From NCBI RefSeq assembly GCF_009914755.1, contig NC_060935.1: a stretch of 64,000 bases of DNA. One strand, 5' to 3'. Below are positions 37,295 to 56,229 of the stretch, one piece after another. Origin of the DNA: the human T2T-CHM13v2.0 reference genome, Homo sapiens. The position numbers were made by a program, and so were the translations under genes. The notes under the pieces were generated by a model. That model searched no databases. It was not told the origin of the DNA and was given only the letters and a program-made list of their open reading frames with translations. Numbering within the stretch: the stretch's first letter is position 1; each line of letters opens with the position of its first letter.

Positions 37295-38739
37295 CATTTA
37301 TACAAATGGACTGCAATACTCTAATTGTAGTGATACAATTTTAGTTAATTGTGAGAATTAACTGAAATAATATTGATAATAACTTAAGCTTTTGAGGTTT
37401 TTGTTCACTGCTATAACCTATTGCCTAGTTTAGTGTCAGGAGCTCAATAAGTATTTTCTAAATAAATTAATGAGTGAATAGATTCATTGAATTAATAAAT
37501 GTGAATGAATGATTGAATACAATATTTAAAGGGCTTAAATATTTCCTGGACACATATCATATTTCTTGACATTTTGCTAGGTCCTAGCAATAAAACTATG
37601 AACAAACTGGATGTGATCCATGCAGAACTAATGGTGAACACTGTTAAGAAAACAGGCAAGTAAGCAGAGTACAGCATGATGAGGATGCACAGGGTAGACA
37701 AGAGTACATAAGAGGGTAATTTAAGTGTATGAGGCAGACATTTCTTCCTGAGGCAGGTCACATCTATAGAAGTAACATATGAAAAATTTCTGTCACAAGA
37801 CCTGGAACTTAGTATGTTCTTAAATAGTTCTTCATACTTTCTACACCCTTTCCCACCATCCAAGTTGAAGAGCATTTACAGACACCATCAGCTTTGCTTA
37901 ATCGCTGTTGTAGTGTTAGGCTGATTTAATGACCCAGATGCCCTCGTCTTTAGTTTTTCCCAAATCTGATATTTGTGTAGAAACAGAATAAACAAGTCTT
38001 CAACCAATTCTTTCTTTTGGAGTCTTCAACCTCCTCAAACTTTTCAACCCCATCTCCACGCCAGAAAGTTTTTTGTTTGTTTGTTTGTTTTACAAACCTG
38101 AGAACAGCTTAGAGTCCCTTGTCAAACCTTAAAATGAATAGAGGAGAAAAATAATTTTAACTATAAATTGAACTTCCCTATTTGTAACTTACCTATTAAT
38201 CATAACTAAAAGCATGATTAAGCTGTAACTAAAAATTCCAGTAAAGACCTGCAACTGTACTAATGTATTACTGTCATTTCTTCAAAAAGAGATTATCCAG
38301 TTGTAAAGTCCAGAAAGGAAATTAGAGATTTAGAGCAACTCACTCTTTTTACAGATAGTACTACTGTATAAGAAACAAATGTTCATGACCTTAAAGCCAT
38401 GAACAAATGACTGAATTAAAAAGAAACCATATGAAAAGGAATAACTTCTGAATAGCAAAAAAGTACCATTAAAACATTAAAAGATAATAACTAAAAAATA
38501 TTTATAATGTTTATGACAAAAAGAACTAATTTTTAAAAATTGTGAACAACCTATACAATGCAATAATAAAACCAAAATCTAATATAAAATAGCAAAGGAA
38601 GTAGATAGAAATTTCACAAAAAGGAAATATAATTAATTTTGTTATTTTGTTTCTTTCTCCACTTTTTGTATTTTCTGAATATTTTTTAGGTGATAAGATA
38701 GGTTTTAGATAATTTTTCCCAATTGGATCATTTATGTTT

Positions 38740-38942
38740 TATTTTTATTTTTATTTTTTGATTTCCAGCTTTCATTTTAAGTTCAGGGTACATGTGCAGG
38801 ATGTGCATGTTTGTTATTTTGTTATGTAGGTAAACGTGTGCCATGGTGGTTTGCTTCACAGATCAATCCATCAACCAGGTATTAAGCAAGCCCAGTACCC
38901 ATTAGCTATTCATCCTGATGCTCTCCCTCCACCCCACTGCAC
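38740..38942 (-). mobile_element. L1PA10/11-like 3' end
   Basis: gtacatgtgcaggatgtgca...cattagctattcatcctgatgctctccc. Confidence 0.75.
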
Positions 38943-42745
<3,803 letters not shown>

Positions 42746-42898
42746 AGTTATTTGTTAACGTTTTGTTATTTGTTATTTTACTTTTTATTTGTTATTTGTT
42801 ATTTGTTGTTTGTTATACTTGCTTTTGACTTTCTGTTATTTGTAATTTGTTATTTGTCATTTGTTAATTCAAATAACAAAAAGTCAAAAGCAAGTATA
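42746..42898. repeat. Degenerate (TTATTTG)n filler plus 29-bp inverted repeat
   Basis: Arms 42814-42842 and 42870-42898 are reverse complements with one mismatch. Confidence 0.9.
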
Positions 42899-43984
42899 TG
42901 TGAATTTTATTGGCCCTAGTTTAGAAAATAACCCTGTATTAATAAAAACAAAGTAAGTAAATTGATATATACAATTAATTACTATTAAAAATATTAATTT
43001 CTCTAAAGCAATGGGGTCAGAGGATATAAATATATAATTCCATAAAAAAGAAAAGAAGAAATAAAGGAAATACAATGTCACTAAAAGACAAAATCACATT
43101 TTCAACCTAATAATCTCAAAATTATTATGTAGCTTCATTATAATTTTTTATGTATCAAAAATATTTTTTAGAAAAGATAAATAATACTTTTAAAAAAGAT
43201 GTTTATGAGACGGTTGTGAAACAAGCTGTCTTAAATACTGCCTGGGGAAAGATATAATTTGTCTGAACTTACTGAAAACAATCTGTCAATTAGTATGACA
43301 ATTAGTATGTCAAACGGATACTGTTAAAGTCTCAGTAAAGGTATTAGTCATTTTTAGAAATATGTTCTAGGAAAATAAGAGATGAAACTTATTTTAAATT
43401 TTTGGTGATTTCCTGAGACATGACGATGAGGCAATTCTGGTGACCACACTTTTAGGAATCACTGCTTTAGAGAAACTTTGTATTTCTACCTAAAGACACG
43501 TACAAGCTTCTTTACTACAATATTGTTTCTTGCAGATGTAAAAATTGTAATTAAAAATAAAATACCAACCATAAAAAGATGGGTACTAGGTTGGAGTATA
43601 ATTATAAAATATAACTCAGCTGTTAAGAAGAATGGAGTAGGTCCTGAAACAACGTTGCGGGATCTTGAAAGTGCACTGTGAAATAAGCAAGTTTCAGAGG
43701 GCTACATAGAGTATGCTATTTATTTGGCTTTAAAAAGCTTAAGATACTGTATATGATTTACAGGTACACAGCAGCAAATGTAAAATAAAATGACTGAAAG
43801 ATAAGAATAAAATTCATGGCAATTTTGCCCCAGAGAAGGATTTCACATTAAGACTGGAAATGGAGGCAAAGGTACTTAAACTTTATCTATAAATACTTCC
43901 TATTATAAAATAAGATTTGAAGCAAATATATAAAATGAGCATTTTCAAGACTTGGTGGTGGGAATAGGAGATTAATTTATCATT

Positions 43985-44400
43985 TCAAGTAATATTTAGC
44001 ATCCATCTACTACAAGAAGGCAGTTTTCTAGGTTCTGGGGATACATAAATAAATACAATTCAGTTTAGATTCTAGCAGAGAGAGACAGTCAATAAACGAG
44101 TGTAGTAACTAAACATCAGATGAGGATTAGGTACTACGGAGATAAAAGCAGAATAACAGAAACAGAAAATTTAGAAAGAAGAGGATAGGAAAAGAGTTAA
44201 TGTATTATTTAGGAGAATTAGGCAGTGACAGGGATATTTGAGAAAGGGGGAGAGAGCACAGGATCACTATGTAGAGGAATAACACTTGCTAAGGGTTTGA
44301 GACTTGTAGGTCTGAGGAAGAGCAAGGAGCCTTATATAATTTGGGTGGACCTATAGAGGGAGAGAGGAGAAGGAGATGAGGTCAGTAAAGTAATAAGTCA
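43985..44400 (-). mobile_element. L2 fragment
   Basis: tatttagcatccatctactac...ttctaggttctggggatac; antisense L2 body. Confidence 0.6.
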
Positions 44401-44504
44401 TCAAGTTATTTTTATAATTTTAATCAAACTGTAGCACATATGGATATAAGTGAACAAATTTTAAGTGTTTGGATAGATGAGTTTTCCAAAAAAGGACATG
44501 GCTA

Positions 44505-45580
44505 TAGGGACAAGATGGCCAACTAGACATAGCAAGTAAGTGCCACTCCCACTGAGATAGACCAAAATATCAAGTTAACCAACATACTTTGAGCAGACCT
44601 CAAAGAGAAAACACCAAGAGTGGATAAAGAGGTACAGACTCTGAGGCTGAAGAGCGAGGAAGTTGGGAACACTGCGTAGGATACCAGAATGGCTCCTAAG
44701 GAAGTGGTGAGGAAAGGGACTGACAGACTAATTTTATCATGACCCTCTAGGATCCTAGCTTTAAGGAGACCCTATGTCTCCCATGGACCCATGGACATTT
44801 GAGCTGGCAGTGGAATTAATGGCTAAATTAACTGGGGAGTAGTCAGAATCAGGGTTTCAGCTGCCCTGGAGTCCAGGGGCTTTTTAAATTTTTTTGGTGT
44901 GGAGCATCTCTGATGGAGCATAGCCATAAGTGTCCATACCCCAGGACTCTTCATGTCTTTCTGAGACACTCTAGCCCGAACTGACTGCCAGTTTGGAGAT
45001 TTCTCAAAGAACTTTAAACAGAGCTACCATTCAACCTAGCAATCCCATTACTAGGTATATACCCAAAGAAAACAAATTGTTCTACCAAAAAGACACTTGT
45101 ATGTTTATTGCAGCACTATTCACAGTAGCAAAAACATGGAACCAACCACCTAGGTGCCTATCAGTGGTGGACTGGATAAAGAAATGTGGTATATACTACA
45201 TAGCCATAAAAAGGAATAAAACCATGTCCTTTGCAGCAACATGGATGTAACTGGAGGCCATAATCCGAAACAAACTAATGTAAAAACAGAAAACCAAGCA
45301 CTGTATGTTATCACTTTTACATGGGAGCTAAACATTGAGTACACATGGACATAAAGATGAGAACAATAGACACTACAGGCCTACTGGGGGGAAGTAGAAG
45401 AGTGGAGCATAGATTGAAAAACTACCTATTGGGTACTATACTCACTACCTGGGTGACGAGATCTGTACCACAAACCTCAGCATTATACCGTATTCCCATG
45501 TAACAAACCTGCATATATATGTGTGTACATATATGTATATATGTGTATATATTGTATATATTTGTGTATATATATATATC

Positions 45581-45613
<33 letters not shown>

Positions 45614-45642
45614 TTGCCCTGTATCTAAAATAAAAGTTGAAA
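44505..45642 (+). mobile_element. L1PA15/16-like element: 5' UTR fused to ORF2 end and 3' UTR (large internal loss)
   Basis: caagatggccaactagac 5' end; junction near 44991; ORF2 C-terminal and 3' UTR sequence to aaaataaaagttgaaa; (TA)n/(TG)n expansion at 45513-45613. Confidence 0.75.
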
Positions 45643-45715
45643 TCATTTTTTTTTAATGAAAACTCATTAGTGTACCACTGGTAAAAGAGAGAGGGGAAAG
45701 AGGAGAGGGGGATGG

Positions 45716-46174
45716 TGTGGTGGTTAATACCAAGTGTCAACTTGATTGGATTGAAGGATGCAATATGGATCCTGGGTGTGTCTGTGAGGGTGTTGCCAAA
45801 GGAGATTAACATTTGAGCCAGTGGACTGGGGAAGGCAGACCCACCCTTTTCAGGTGGGCACCATCTAATCAGCTGCCAGTGACTATAAAGCAGGCATAAA
45901 AACGTGAAGCTACAAGACAATGGGCCTAGCCTCCCAGCCTACCTCTTTCTCCTATGCTGGATGCTTCCTGAGCTCTAAGATTGCACTCCAAGTTCTTCTG
46001 TTTTGAGACTCTGACTGCCTCTCCTTATTCATCAGCTTGCAGACAGCCTATTGTAGGACCTTATGATTGCGTAAGTTAGTACTTAATAAATTCTTTCTTT
46101 TTTTCTTTTCTTTGCTTTCTTTTCTTTCCTTTGTTTTTCTCTTTCTTTCTTTTCTTTCTTTCTTTCTTTCTTTC

Positions 46175-46258
<84 letters not shown>

Positions 46259-46392
46259 TTTTCCTTTCCTCCTTTCCTTCCTTCCACCCTCCCTCCCTTC
46301 CTTCCACCCACCCTCCCTCCCTCCCTCCCATTCATCCATCCATCCATCCATCCTATTAGTTCTGTCCTTCTAAAAGAACCCTGACTAATACA
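45716..46392 (+). mobile_element. MLT2A2-like ERVL solo LTR
   Basis: TG...CA termini; perfect 5-bp TSD GATGG at 45711-45715 and 46393-46397. Confidence 0.88.
46091..46352. repeat. (TTTC)n / (CCTT)n / (CCAT)n compound microsatellite within the LTR
   Basis: Directly visible; explains the K/E/R- and F/L/S-rich ORFs. Confidence 0.95.
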
Positions 46393-46593
46393 GATGGGGA
46401 GGGAGAAAGGGAAAAAAAGAGAAAGTGAGATTGAGAACAGTGCAACACCCAAAATCTCCTTCTATGCCTCTTACCCGTCATTTATTACTATCCTTAGAAC
46501 AGGTAACCACTATCCAAACACCATCAATTCATTTCGGCAGTTTCTGATGTGGTAGCTCTAGTTCATTCATTTTCATGATGCATAGTAATCAAA

Positions 46594-46594
<1 letters not shown>

Positions 46595-46641
<47 letters not shown>
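46595..46641. repeat. (AC)n, about 23 perfect units
   Basis: Directly visible. Confidence 0.97.
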
Positions 46642-46645
<4 letters not shown>

Positions 46646-46844
46646 CTTCATTCTGCTCTTGCAGTTTTTATGTTCATTGTTCATTTGAGGAGGAGAACCT
46701 TTTCTAGTTTTTTACCACCATCAATAGTGCTGTGATAAACATGATTTTTGTGAACAAAAGGGGCACATTTCTGTTGGGACTATACCTGGGATTTACATTG
46801 CTGCAGCATACTGTTTACATGTTTCAGTCCCACTTACTACTTCT

Positions 46845-48224
<1,380 letters not shown>

Positions 48225-49315
48225 TGACTTACACTGGAATTATTAATATTATTAATTTAAGCCATGCTGGTGGTTATATAGTGGTATCTCATTGTGATTT
48301 TAATTTGCTTCCTTCTGATGGATGAAATTGAGCACTATTTTACATTTATTGATAATTATGATATCTTCTCTTAAAAAGTAGATAGCCAAATCATTTCCTT
48401 TTTTTCCCTTATTTGGTTTGTAGCTATTCTTTGTGTATCTTAAATGTGTTATTTGTCAGATACATGTGTAAGCACTATAGTCTCCTGTCCTTCTACTTGT
48501 CCTTTTTACTCTCATAGGAATAATTTGTTGACCAGATAACTTTAAATTTAATGCATTACAATATATTGTTCATTTTCTTTATTAGTAGTACATTTTGTGA
48601 CCCTTTAATAGATTGTTGCTTAACTCAAGACAATACTAATATTCTCCTATATCATCATCAAGAAGCTTTGTTGTTTTATATTTCACTTTGAAATTTAAAA
48701 TCCACTTGGAATTGTAGTAAAGTAGGAATCAAAGTCTGTTTTCTCTCATATAGTTATATAGTTGGACCCATATAATTCACTTAAAATGTCCTCTTTTCTT
48801 TTAATCATTTGCAGTTTATCTTTATCAAATATCAAGTGACTGTCCCAGTGAATCTTTTTCTGGACTTTTTAGTAAGTGCTAGGGATCTATTTAGCTTTTC
48901 TTGCACCAATGTCACACTGTCATAATTAAAGTGTCTTTTTAGTAAGTTTAGCAAGTAAAGTGTCTTTTTAGTAAGTTTAGATATCAACAAGAGTTAAAAT
49001 TTTTTCTTCACATATGTCCTGGCTGTTCTTTGGGCTTTATATTCTCATATAAATTTTGGAATAATTTTGACATTTTCTATAAGAAAAGCAGCTGGGATGC
49101 TTTCCTGGGGATTATTTCAAATCTAGAGAACATTTGTAAATTGATAAATTTACAATTCTAAGTGTTTCTATCTATACACAGGACACATTCATTGAAATAC
49201 TCAATCTTAGTTATCTCAATCATATGTTGTAGTTTTGTGTGTATGGAGCTTTGATTTATTCTTTAAGTATATGTTGCCTTTTTACACTAATGTAAGTGTA
49301 TTATTAAAAATAGTT

Positions 49316-49820
49316 TGCTCTATAGTCTTAAGTTGTGTGTCCCCCTAAAATTAGTATGTTGAAACGTAATCACCAATGCAATAGTATTAAGAGTAGGGTC
49401 CTTTGGGGAGTGATTAAATCATTAGGTCTCTGTCTTCATGAAAGGGATTAACGCCTTTATTTTTTTATTTTTTTATTTTTTTTGAGACGGAGTCTCGCTC
49501 TGTGCCCCAGGCTGGAGTGCAGTGGCGTGATCTTGGCTCACTGCAAGCTCCACCTCTTGGGTTCACACCATTCTCCTGCCTCAGCCTCCCTAGTGCCTTT
49601 ATTTTTTTTTTTAAAAAATATATATCCTTGTAAATGAAAGCAATCTTGCTCCTTCACCATGTGATGACTAAGGAACAGGCCCTCACCAGACACCAAGTTT
49701 GCTAGTGACTTCTCCTTAGACTTCCCAGTCCCCAGAACTGTGAGAAATAAATTTCTAATTTTTTAAATAAATTACCCAGTCTCAGGTATTTAGTTATAGC
49801 AGCCTGAATAGATGATGACA
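49316..49820 (+). mobile_element. MST-family (MSTC/D-like) MaLR LTR
   Basis: ccctcaccagacacc...aattacccagtctcaggtatt...gaca. Confidence 0.75.
49460..49592 (-). mobile_element. 5'-truncated AluY (about 110 nt of right arm plus tail) inside the MST LTR
   Basis: tgcaagctcc diagnostic; gcctttattttt duplicated on both sides. Confidence 0.85.
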
Positions 49821-50317
49821 GTTTGTTTTTCTCTTTGCTGTCAACATATTATTTTAATATTGATCTTATATCCACTGATATTGGTAAATTCAGTTATTGT
49901 AATTGTTTATATGTGTACTTTTTTGTAGTTTTCTAAATAATCATTTTTCTATGAATAATGATGTCTACACCACTTCTCATACAATTTTTATATTTCTTTT
50001 TATTTAATGCGCTGGCAAAGACTTTATGTAGAATGCAACCTATAAGCATTCAAAATGGGTCTCCTTCACAGGGGAAAAGTTTTTACTGTATCACCATTAA
50101 TTGTGTTCTTCAATTTGATTAGACAGTCTTCATCAGATTGGAGACATTTCCTTCTCATTCTAGTTTGTTAAGAGGTTTTGGGTTTCTTTTCTTAAAATGA
50201 ATGCAGTTGTTAACTATTTTATCAAAATACCTTTCTGCTTCTATTGACTTGAATGTTTTTCTCTTTTTTCTATTATTGTGATAAATGACATAGTTTACTT
50301 TTTAAAGTACAGATTAT

Positions 50318-50627
<310 letters not shown>

Positions 50628-51689
50628 TTAAAGGTATGTAATTTGCTGAATTTTTAAAAACATTCACAGCCATGTAATCATCACTATAAACAAGATTATT
50701 TTTATTACTGCTGGAAGTTCCCTCACTTCCCTTTGTAGTGAGTACCCTCCATCACCCCACTAACGTTTAGGAATGGCTGCTTCTTTCATTATAGTTTGTC
50801 TTTTCCAGAATGCCATATAATTGAATCGTATAATAATTATACATTAATCCATTCAAACCTGGCTTTTCCACATAATATATTTTCAAGATCCATTTATGTT
50901 ATGTCATGTATCAGCAATTCCTTATTATGTAGAAAAATTGTTTTTTACTGGTTGATGAGTATGGGGTTGTTGTTTTCTGACTATTATGAATAAAATTGCT
51001 ATAAACATTGAGGTACAGGTCTTTGTGTGGACACAAATTTTTATTACTCTTGGATAAAACAAGATTGGGATTGCTGGGCCATATGCTAAGTATTTGATTA
51101 AACTGGTTAAACTACTAACCTGTTTTCAAAACTGGCTGCGTGACTTTCCATTCCAACCAGAAGTATATGAGATCTTTACAACTAGACAATCTATTCTGTT
51201 CCATTGAAATCTGTATCTATGCTATGCCCATGCCACACTGCTTTAATTGCTCTTTTCAAATGATGCCATGAAGTCATATAAGTTCTCCAAATTTATTCGT
51301 ATTTTGAAATTATTTTGACAATTTGAGGTCCTTCGTTTTCCCACATAGTTTTTAAATTGCCATTTTCTAAAAAGTCTAATGTAGTTTTGATTAAAATTAT
51401 GTTGTATCTATAGATAGATTTTGTGGGAATTGATATATCACCTATATTGGGACTTTCAATTTGTGAACACGGTGCATCGTTCATCATCACTATAAACAAA
51501 CAAACAAAACAAAAATTTTTGTTTTTGATTTCTCCCTTCAATGTCTTATAGTTTACAGCACAAAAATTTTGTACATGTTTCTGTACATATTTTGTTAGAT
51601 TTATCCATAAGGATTTTATGCATTTTAATACTATTTTGCAAATCATATTTTTATTATCCAAGTAATTTTTGTATGTTGACTTTGTATTC

Positions 51690-51994
51690 TTTTTTTTTTT
51701 TTTTTTTTTTTTAAGATGGAGTCTCACCCTGTTGCCCAGGTGGAACTGCAGTAATGTAATCTTGGCTAACTGAAATCTCTGCCTCTTGGGTTCAAGCAAT
51801 TCTTCTGCCTCAGCCTCTCAAGTAGCTGGGATTACAGGCACCCACCACCATGCCTGGCTAATTTTTGTGTTTTTAGTAGAGACAGGATTTCAGCATGTTG
51901 GCCGGGCTGGTCTCGAGCTCCTGACCTCAAGTGATCTGCCCACCTTGGCCTCCCAATGTGTTGGGATCACAGGTGTGAGCCACCGCTCCCAGCC
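51690..51994 (-). mobile_element. AluS (Sx-like)
   Basis: Full dimer with T23 tail; no TSD recognisable. Confidence 0.92.
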
Positions 51995-53379
51995 AAATTT
52001 TTAATTAATATTTATAATTTTTGTGGTTCTTTGGAATTTCTGGTATGTTGTATCGTGTCATCTGGTAAAAAAAGAGAAATTTTATGACTTCCTTTCCAAT
52101 CGTATGTCTTTACTCTCTGTGTTGTACTGGCTATAATACCTGGCACAATCTTGAATATGAGTGGTGAGATAAGAAATCATTGTCTTGTCCCTGATATTAG
52201 GGGCAAAACATTCCATCTTTGAAAATTAATTATGATGTTAGTTATAGGATTTTTGTAGATACAATTGATCATTTTTTGGAAGTTTTCTTCTATTCATTGT
52301 TTTTTAAAAGTTTTTCTTTCCTTATTGTGGTTATCATAAATGGTTAACATCCATTATCATAAATGGATGCTAATTTTTGTGAAATATTTAATTCTGCACT
52401 GAGATAATCATATGATTTGTCCTTTTCAGTCAATGAGTGTGGTGAATTATAATGTTTAATTTTTAAATTGTTTTCAAACCGTATATTCCTGGGATAAATT
52501 CCACTTTATGATGAGGTATTATACTTTTTGTATGTTGCTGTATCTGATATGTTTATATTCGTTAGAAAGTTTTGCATCCCTGTGATCTAAATATGACCAT
52601 ATGCTTTATAGGCTCAATATTTTAAAATAAGATAATGATAGAATCCTGGGCTAAATTTTGGCTCAGAATCTGGTATATGATTCATTATAAGCCATCACTT
52701 CACTTTAACAATATTAATAAAATACATGTATTATCAATTTACAGTTTAAAATTTTTTCATAAGCATTATTTTATAATATCGTTACAATAATCCTGCAGAA
52801 AATTAGAATTTTCTTCATTTTTTAGGTAAAGCAACTGAAATGGGGGAAGATAAAATGCCTTGCCCAATTTCTCACAATTTATTAAGTTCATTATTAGCAC
52901 TTAGAGGTCTGCACTTTAATATAGCTATTATCCTGAAATATAAAATTTCCACCTCCAGATCAATTTTCTGATACCTCCTTGCAAACAGCTTGACTTTTAA
53001 GCTCCACTAGATATTGTGATGTAGATGGTTATTTTTGTGCTCCTACTCACCCTGTTCTGTACCCTCCTTTTTGTCACTTCTTATCTCCGGTCCTGCAACC
53101 CTAGCTGTTTAGGGTCCACATAATCTGCATACCAAGTCCTCCACACATACCCCAACACATCTCAATCATCACAACTGTTAGGCTTTCATTCACAGCATCA
53201 TGAAGAAATATATTTTATTGAATCTGAGATACCATTAATTATTAGATGTACTGATTATAAATCAAACCATTAATTTATGTACTGTTAAGAGAGAAAAATG
53301 TTATTGCAAATGACACTGAAATATCTTCTTACCACATTCATTGTAATTCCACTAGTAGAAAATTCAAAATATGAAAAGG

Positions 53380-53880
53380 CTGTTTCAATTATCTATTACT
53401 GTATAACAACCCACCCACAACTGAATGTCTTAATACAAAAATAGATATATATCTTTCATGGTTCTGTAGGTTGACGTGGCTAAACCGAGCCATTCTTTCT
53501 TGAGTTTTCTTAAGCATGTTTTTTCATTGATAGAAGTGGTAGCAGGAATTGGAGGACACCAGGATAGGCATCCCATAGATGGCAAATGATGCTACCACTG
53601 AAGGGGAGCTTAGCTGAAGCTGTTGAAGAGATTGCTACACAAGATATTGCTATATGTATAGGCTTCATACAACATGAAAACTGAGTTCAGAGAGGGAGCT
53701 TCCAAAGCATGTTGTAAGAAAGAGGAAGTAGAAGTTGTCAGTATAATGAAGGGCTGGACCTGTAACCAGCACAGCATTATTTCGTTTAACATCTATTAAG
53801 CAAAGAAGTTACAGGGTCTCCTGATTCAAGTGAATAGAGAAACAGACTGCATTTTGATGGAAGTTTGGCAAGTGCAAATA
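53380..53880 (-). mobile_element. Old MLT1 (H-J-like) LTR
   Basis: ttatctattactgtataacaac...; ggttctgtaggttgac. Confidence 0.6.
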
Positions 53881-55667
53881 TGTTAAGAATAGAAATGTGC
53901 CTCTGTGAGTTCACAAAAAATTGAAGTATACATATTAACGTTGTTACTTGTGATTGCCTCTGGTTCTAGAGTATTGAAAGAGCTAAAATTCTTTGTAGGA
54001 TTAAAATTTAAAGGTTGGAATTGAAACAGATTGTTACTTTTTACAGTTTTCTCCATATTTTGAGTACATTTTAAAGGGTATTAAAGAAATATTTTTTGAA
54101 TCAAAATTGACTAACTGCCCTCTCCCAATTTTCCCAAGGCTCCTTAAAGGATAACAAAAGGGAATAACTACTATTGTCATAATTTATCTGGACATTCCTC
54201 AATTCTTTCTGTTTTTCTAAAAAAATTTTCTTTAGAACACCACTGCTATATTTTCTTCTTCACTCCTACACAGGAAAAAACTCCTGTAATAAGAGATTGC
54301 TTCTCTAAATTATAGTCCTCAAATTTTTGGTAAAGGAATAATTCTTGCAAAGATAAAGGAAGGCAATGGGACAAGTTAGGTTTAAACACTTTTTAATCTT
54401 TTGTATTATATGTGATGATGAGAAGAGACAGGAACTGTGGGATACTGGTTGTAATATTTTGCTATTTCAACGTTAACTCTTAAGCAGTGAAATCTCTCCT
54501 TACAAAGCAAGGTCATGCGTCAGTAACAGTTCCTAAGATCTCCCCAACAAGTGGCTTCCACTTCTTTCTGTATTATATTTTCACGTAAGAATACCTTGAT
54601 CCCTCAAAAGGCCACATCCATTAAAAAGGGAAGGGATGGTGTGGGTAACTACAACAGGAACACTATTGATTCCTAATTAGTGGAAAACATAGTGATGATT
54701 ATTTCTGTGTGGACACTATAGGCATCAATAACTACTATTCAGTTTATTTGAACTCCTCATCACATTTTTAGTAAAACCCCATGGGGTGAAGAACAGTAAA
54801 CTGCAATTAAGACTTTTGCAGACTTCAAAATGAAGTCTCTGAGAGTTTGAATATTGACATGCTCCAAAACTATCATTGAGGACTTTGTAATTACTCCATC
54901 TATGGGAGTAATTTCATCTAAATGCTCTCTCCTTGGGCCACACTACCTTTTGAACTTCTATTCAAACATGCTATAACAGTAGACACTGGACAAATAAGAA
55001 ATGGATTTTGCAGTGTTTACATTTAACTTCTTTCCTGATTTTCTTTGTGTCCATAAAACTTCAGGAGTGCCAATTATCTTTTTATAGATCAGATCGACAC
55101 TGAGCAAGGTATACTTAGGGTTTGAGACTGAATCTCTTATGACAGGCAATAAATCACCTAAAATATCTTTTTGTATTTGATGAGCAGTCAAAATCACTTA
55201 CAGGAAGCTGATGACAGACATTATTTTTTTCCCTCAGTTGGCCCAAGTTTTCACACTCACACCAATTTTAGAGCTGTTACTAGACTAATGACCCAATTCA
55301 GTCAGATGCTTATGATATTTTTTTGTCATCAGTTTTGTGATCATGAAGAGGATGAAATGTTAATAGTTCTGACATTTGTTTTTTCATATCTTTTAATACA
55401 CTGCTAAAGAAAAAATTCTCACTAATATTATAGACTTCTTTTACATTGTTTTCTATTCAAAATAAGTGAGAAATTCAGTAACACTTTTTCATAACATTTT
55501 TCTCCTAAATTCCCAGAATGTCACCACTAGGAAAAAGACATCTTAGGTAAATATAAGGTAAATTTGTTAAAATTCAATTGGACCTTCGGTACTTCTATTG
55601 AGTTTTTTCCACAGTAGATACTCGACATCTATCTCACACGCTTTCTTCTTCTTGGCAGATAATCTGG

Positions 55668-55763
55668 TGTATTAGTTAAGGTTCGTCAGAGAGAGAGAAC
55701 CAATATGATGTATATGTATGTGTTTTTATACACAGATCTGTATATATGTGTACCTGTATATAC

Positions 55764-55799
<36 letters not shown>

Positions 55800-56184
55800 C
55801 TGCAGAGAGACAGAAAGAGATTTTTTTTTTTTTTTTACTTTAAGAAATTGGCTCACATGACTACGGAGGCTTGGCTCATCCAAAATCTGGTAAGAGTAGG
55901 CCAGAAGGCTGAAGATTCAGGAATTAGTCACAATTAAAGTCCAAAGGCAGTCTACTGGTTGAATTCCTTCTTGCTCTGGTAGAATTCTAGATCAGTCTTT
56001 GTTCTACTAAGGCCTTCAACTGATTGTATGAGATTATGTAGGGTAAACTGTATATTTAAAATTTACCAATTTAAACGTTAATCTCGTCTCAAAAGCACCT
56101 TAACAGAAACATCCAGGATAATGTTTGACCAAATACATGGATACCATGGGCCAGGCAAATTAACATATTAAATTAGCCATCATA
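55668..56184 (-). mobile_element. MLT2D-like ERVL LTR with internal (TG)n
   Basis: tgtattagttaagg...aaattagccatcata. Confidence 0.8.
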
Positions 56185-56229
56185 CTTGCTGTCTTACTTT
56201 TCTAAAAACTTTCTGCTGCTTCATAAGAA

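Noticed and set aside
46048-46452. KERK- and FLSF-repeat ORFs
   Set aside because: Translations of the (TTTC)n microsatellite.
49561-49594. ccctagt shared between the truncated AluY and the AluYa at 57.7 kb, suggesting conversion
   Set aside because: In the truncated copy these bases overlap the TSD boundary, and the other shared change is ordinary CpG decay.
54500-55200. Minus-strand peptide IVVIDAYSVHTE, loosely like a DDE integrase/transposase motif, and nearby short open frames
   Set aside because: One short motif with several stops and frame changes and no convincing further catalytic motifs. A tBLASTx or HMM hit would be needed.
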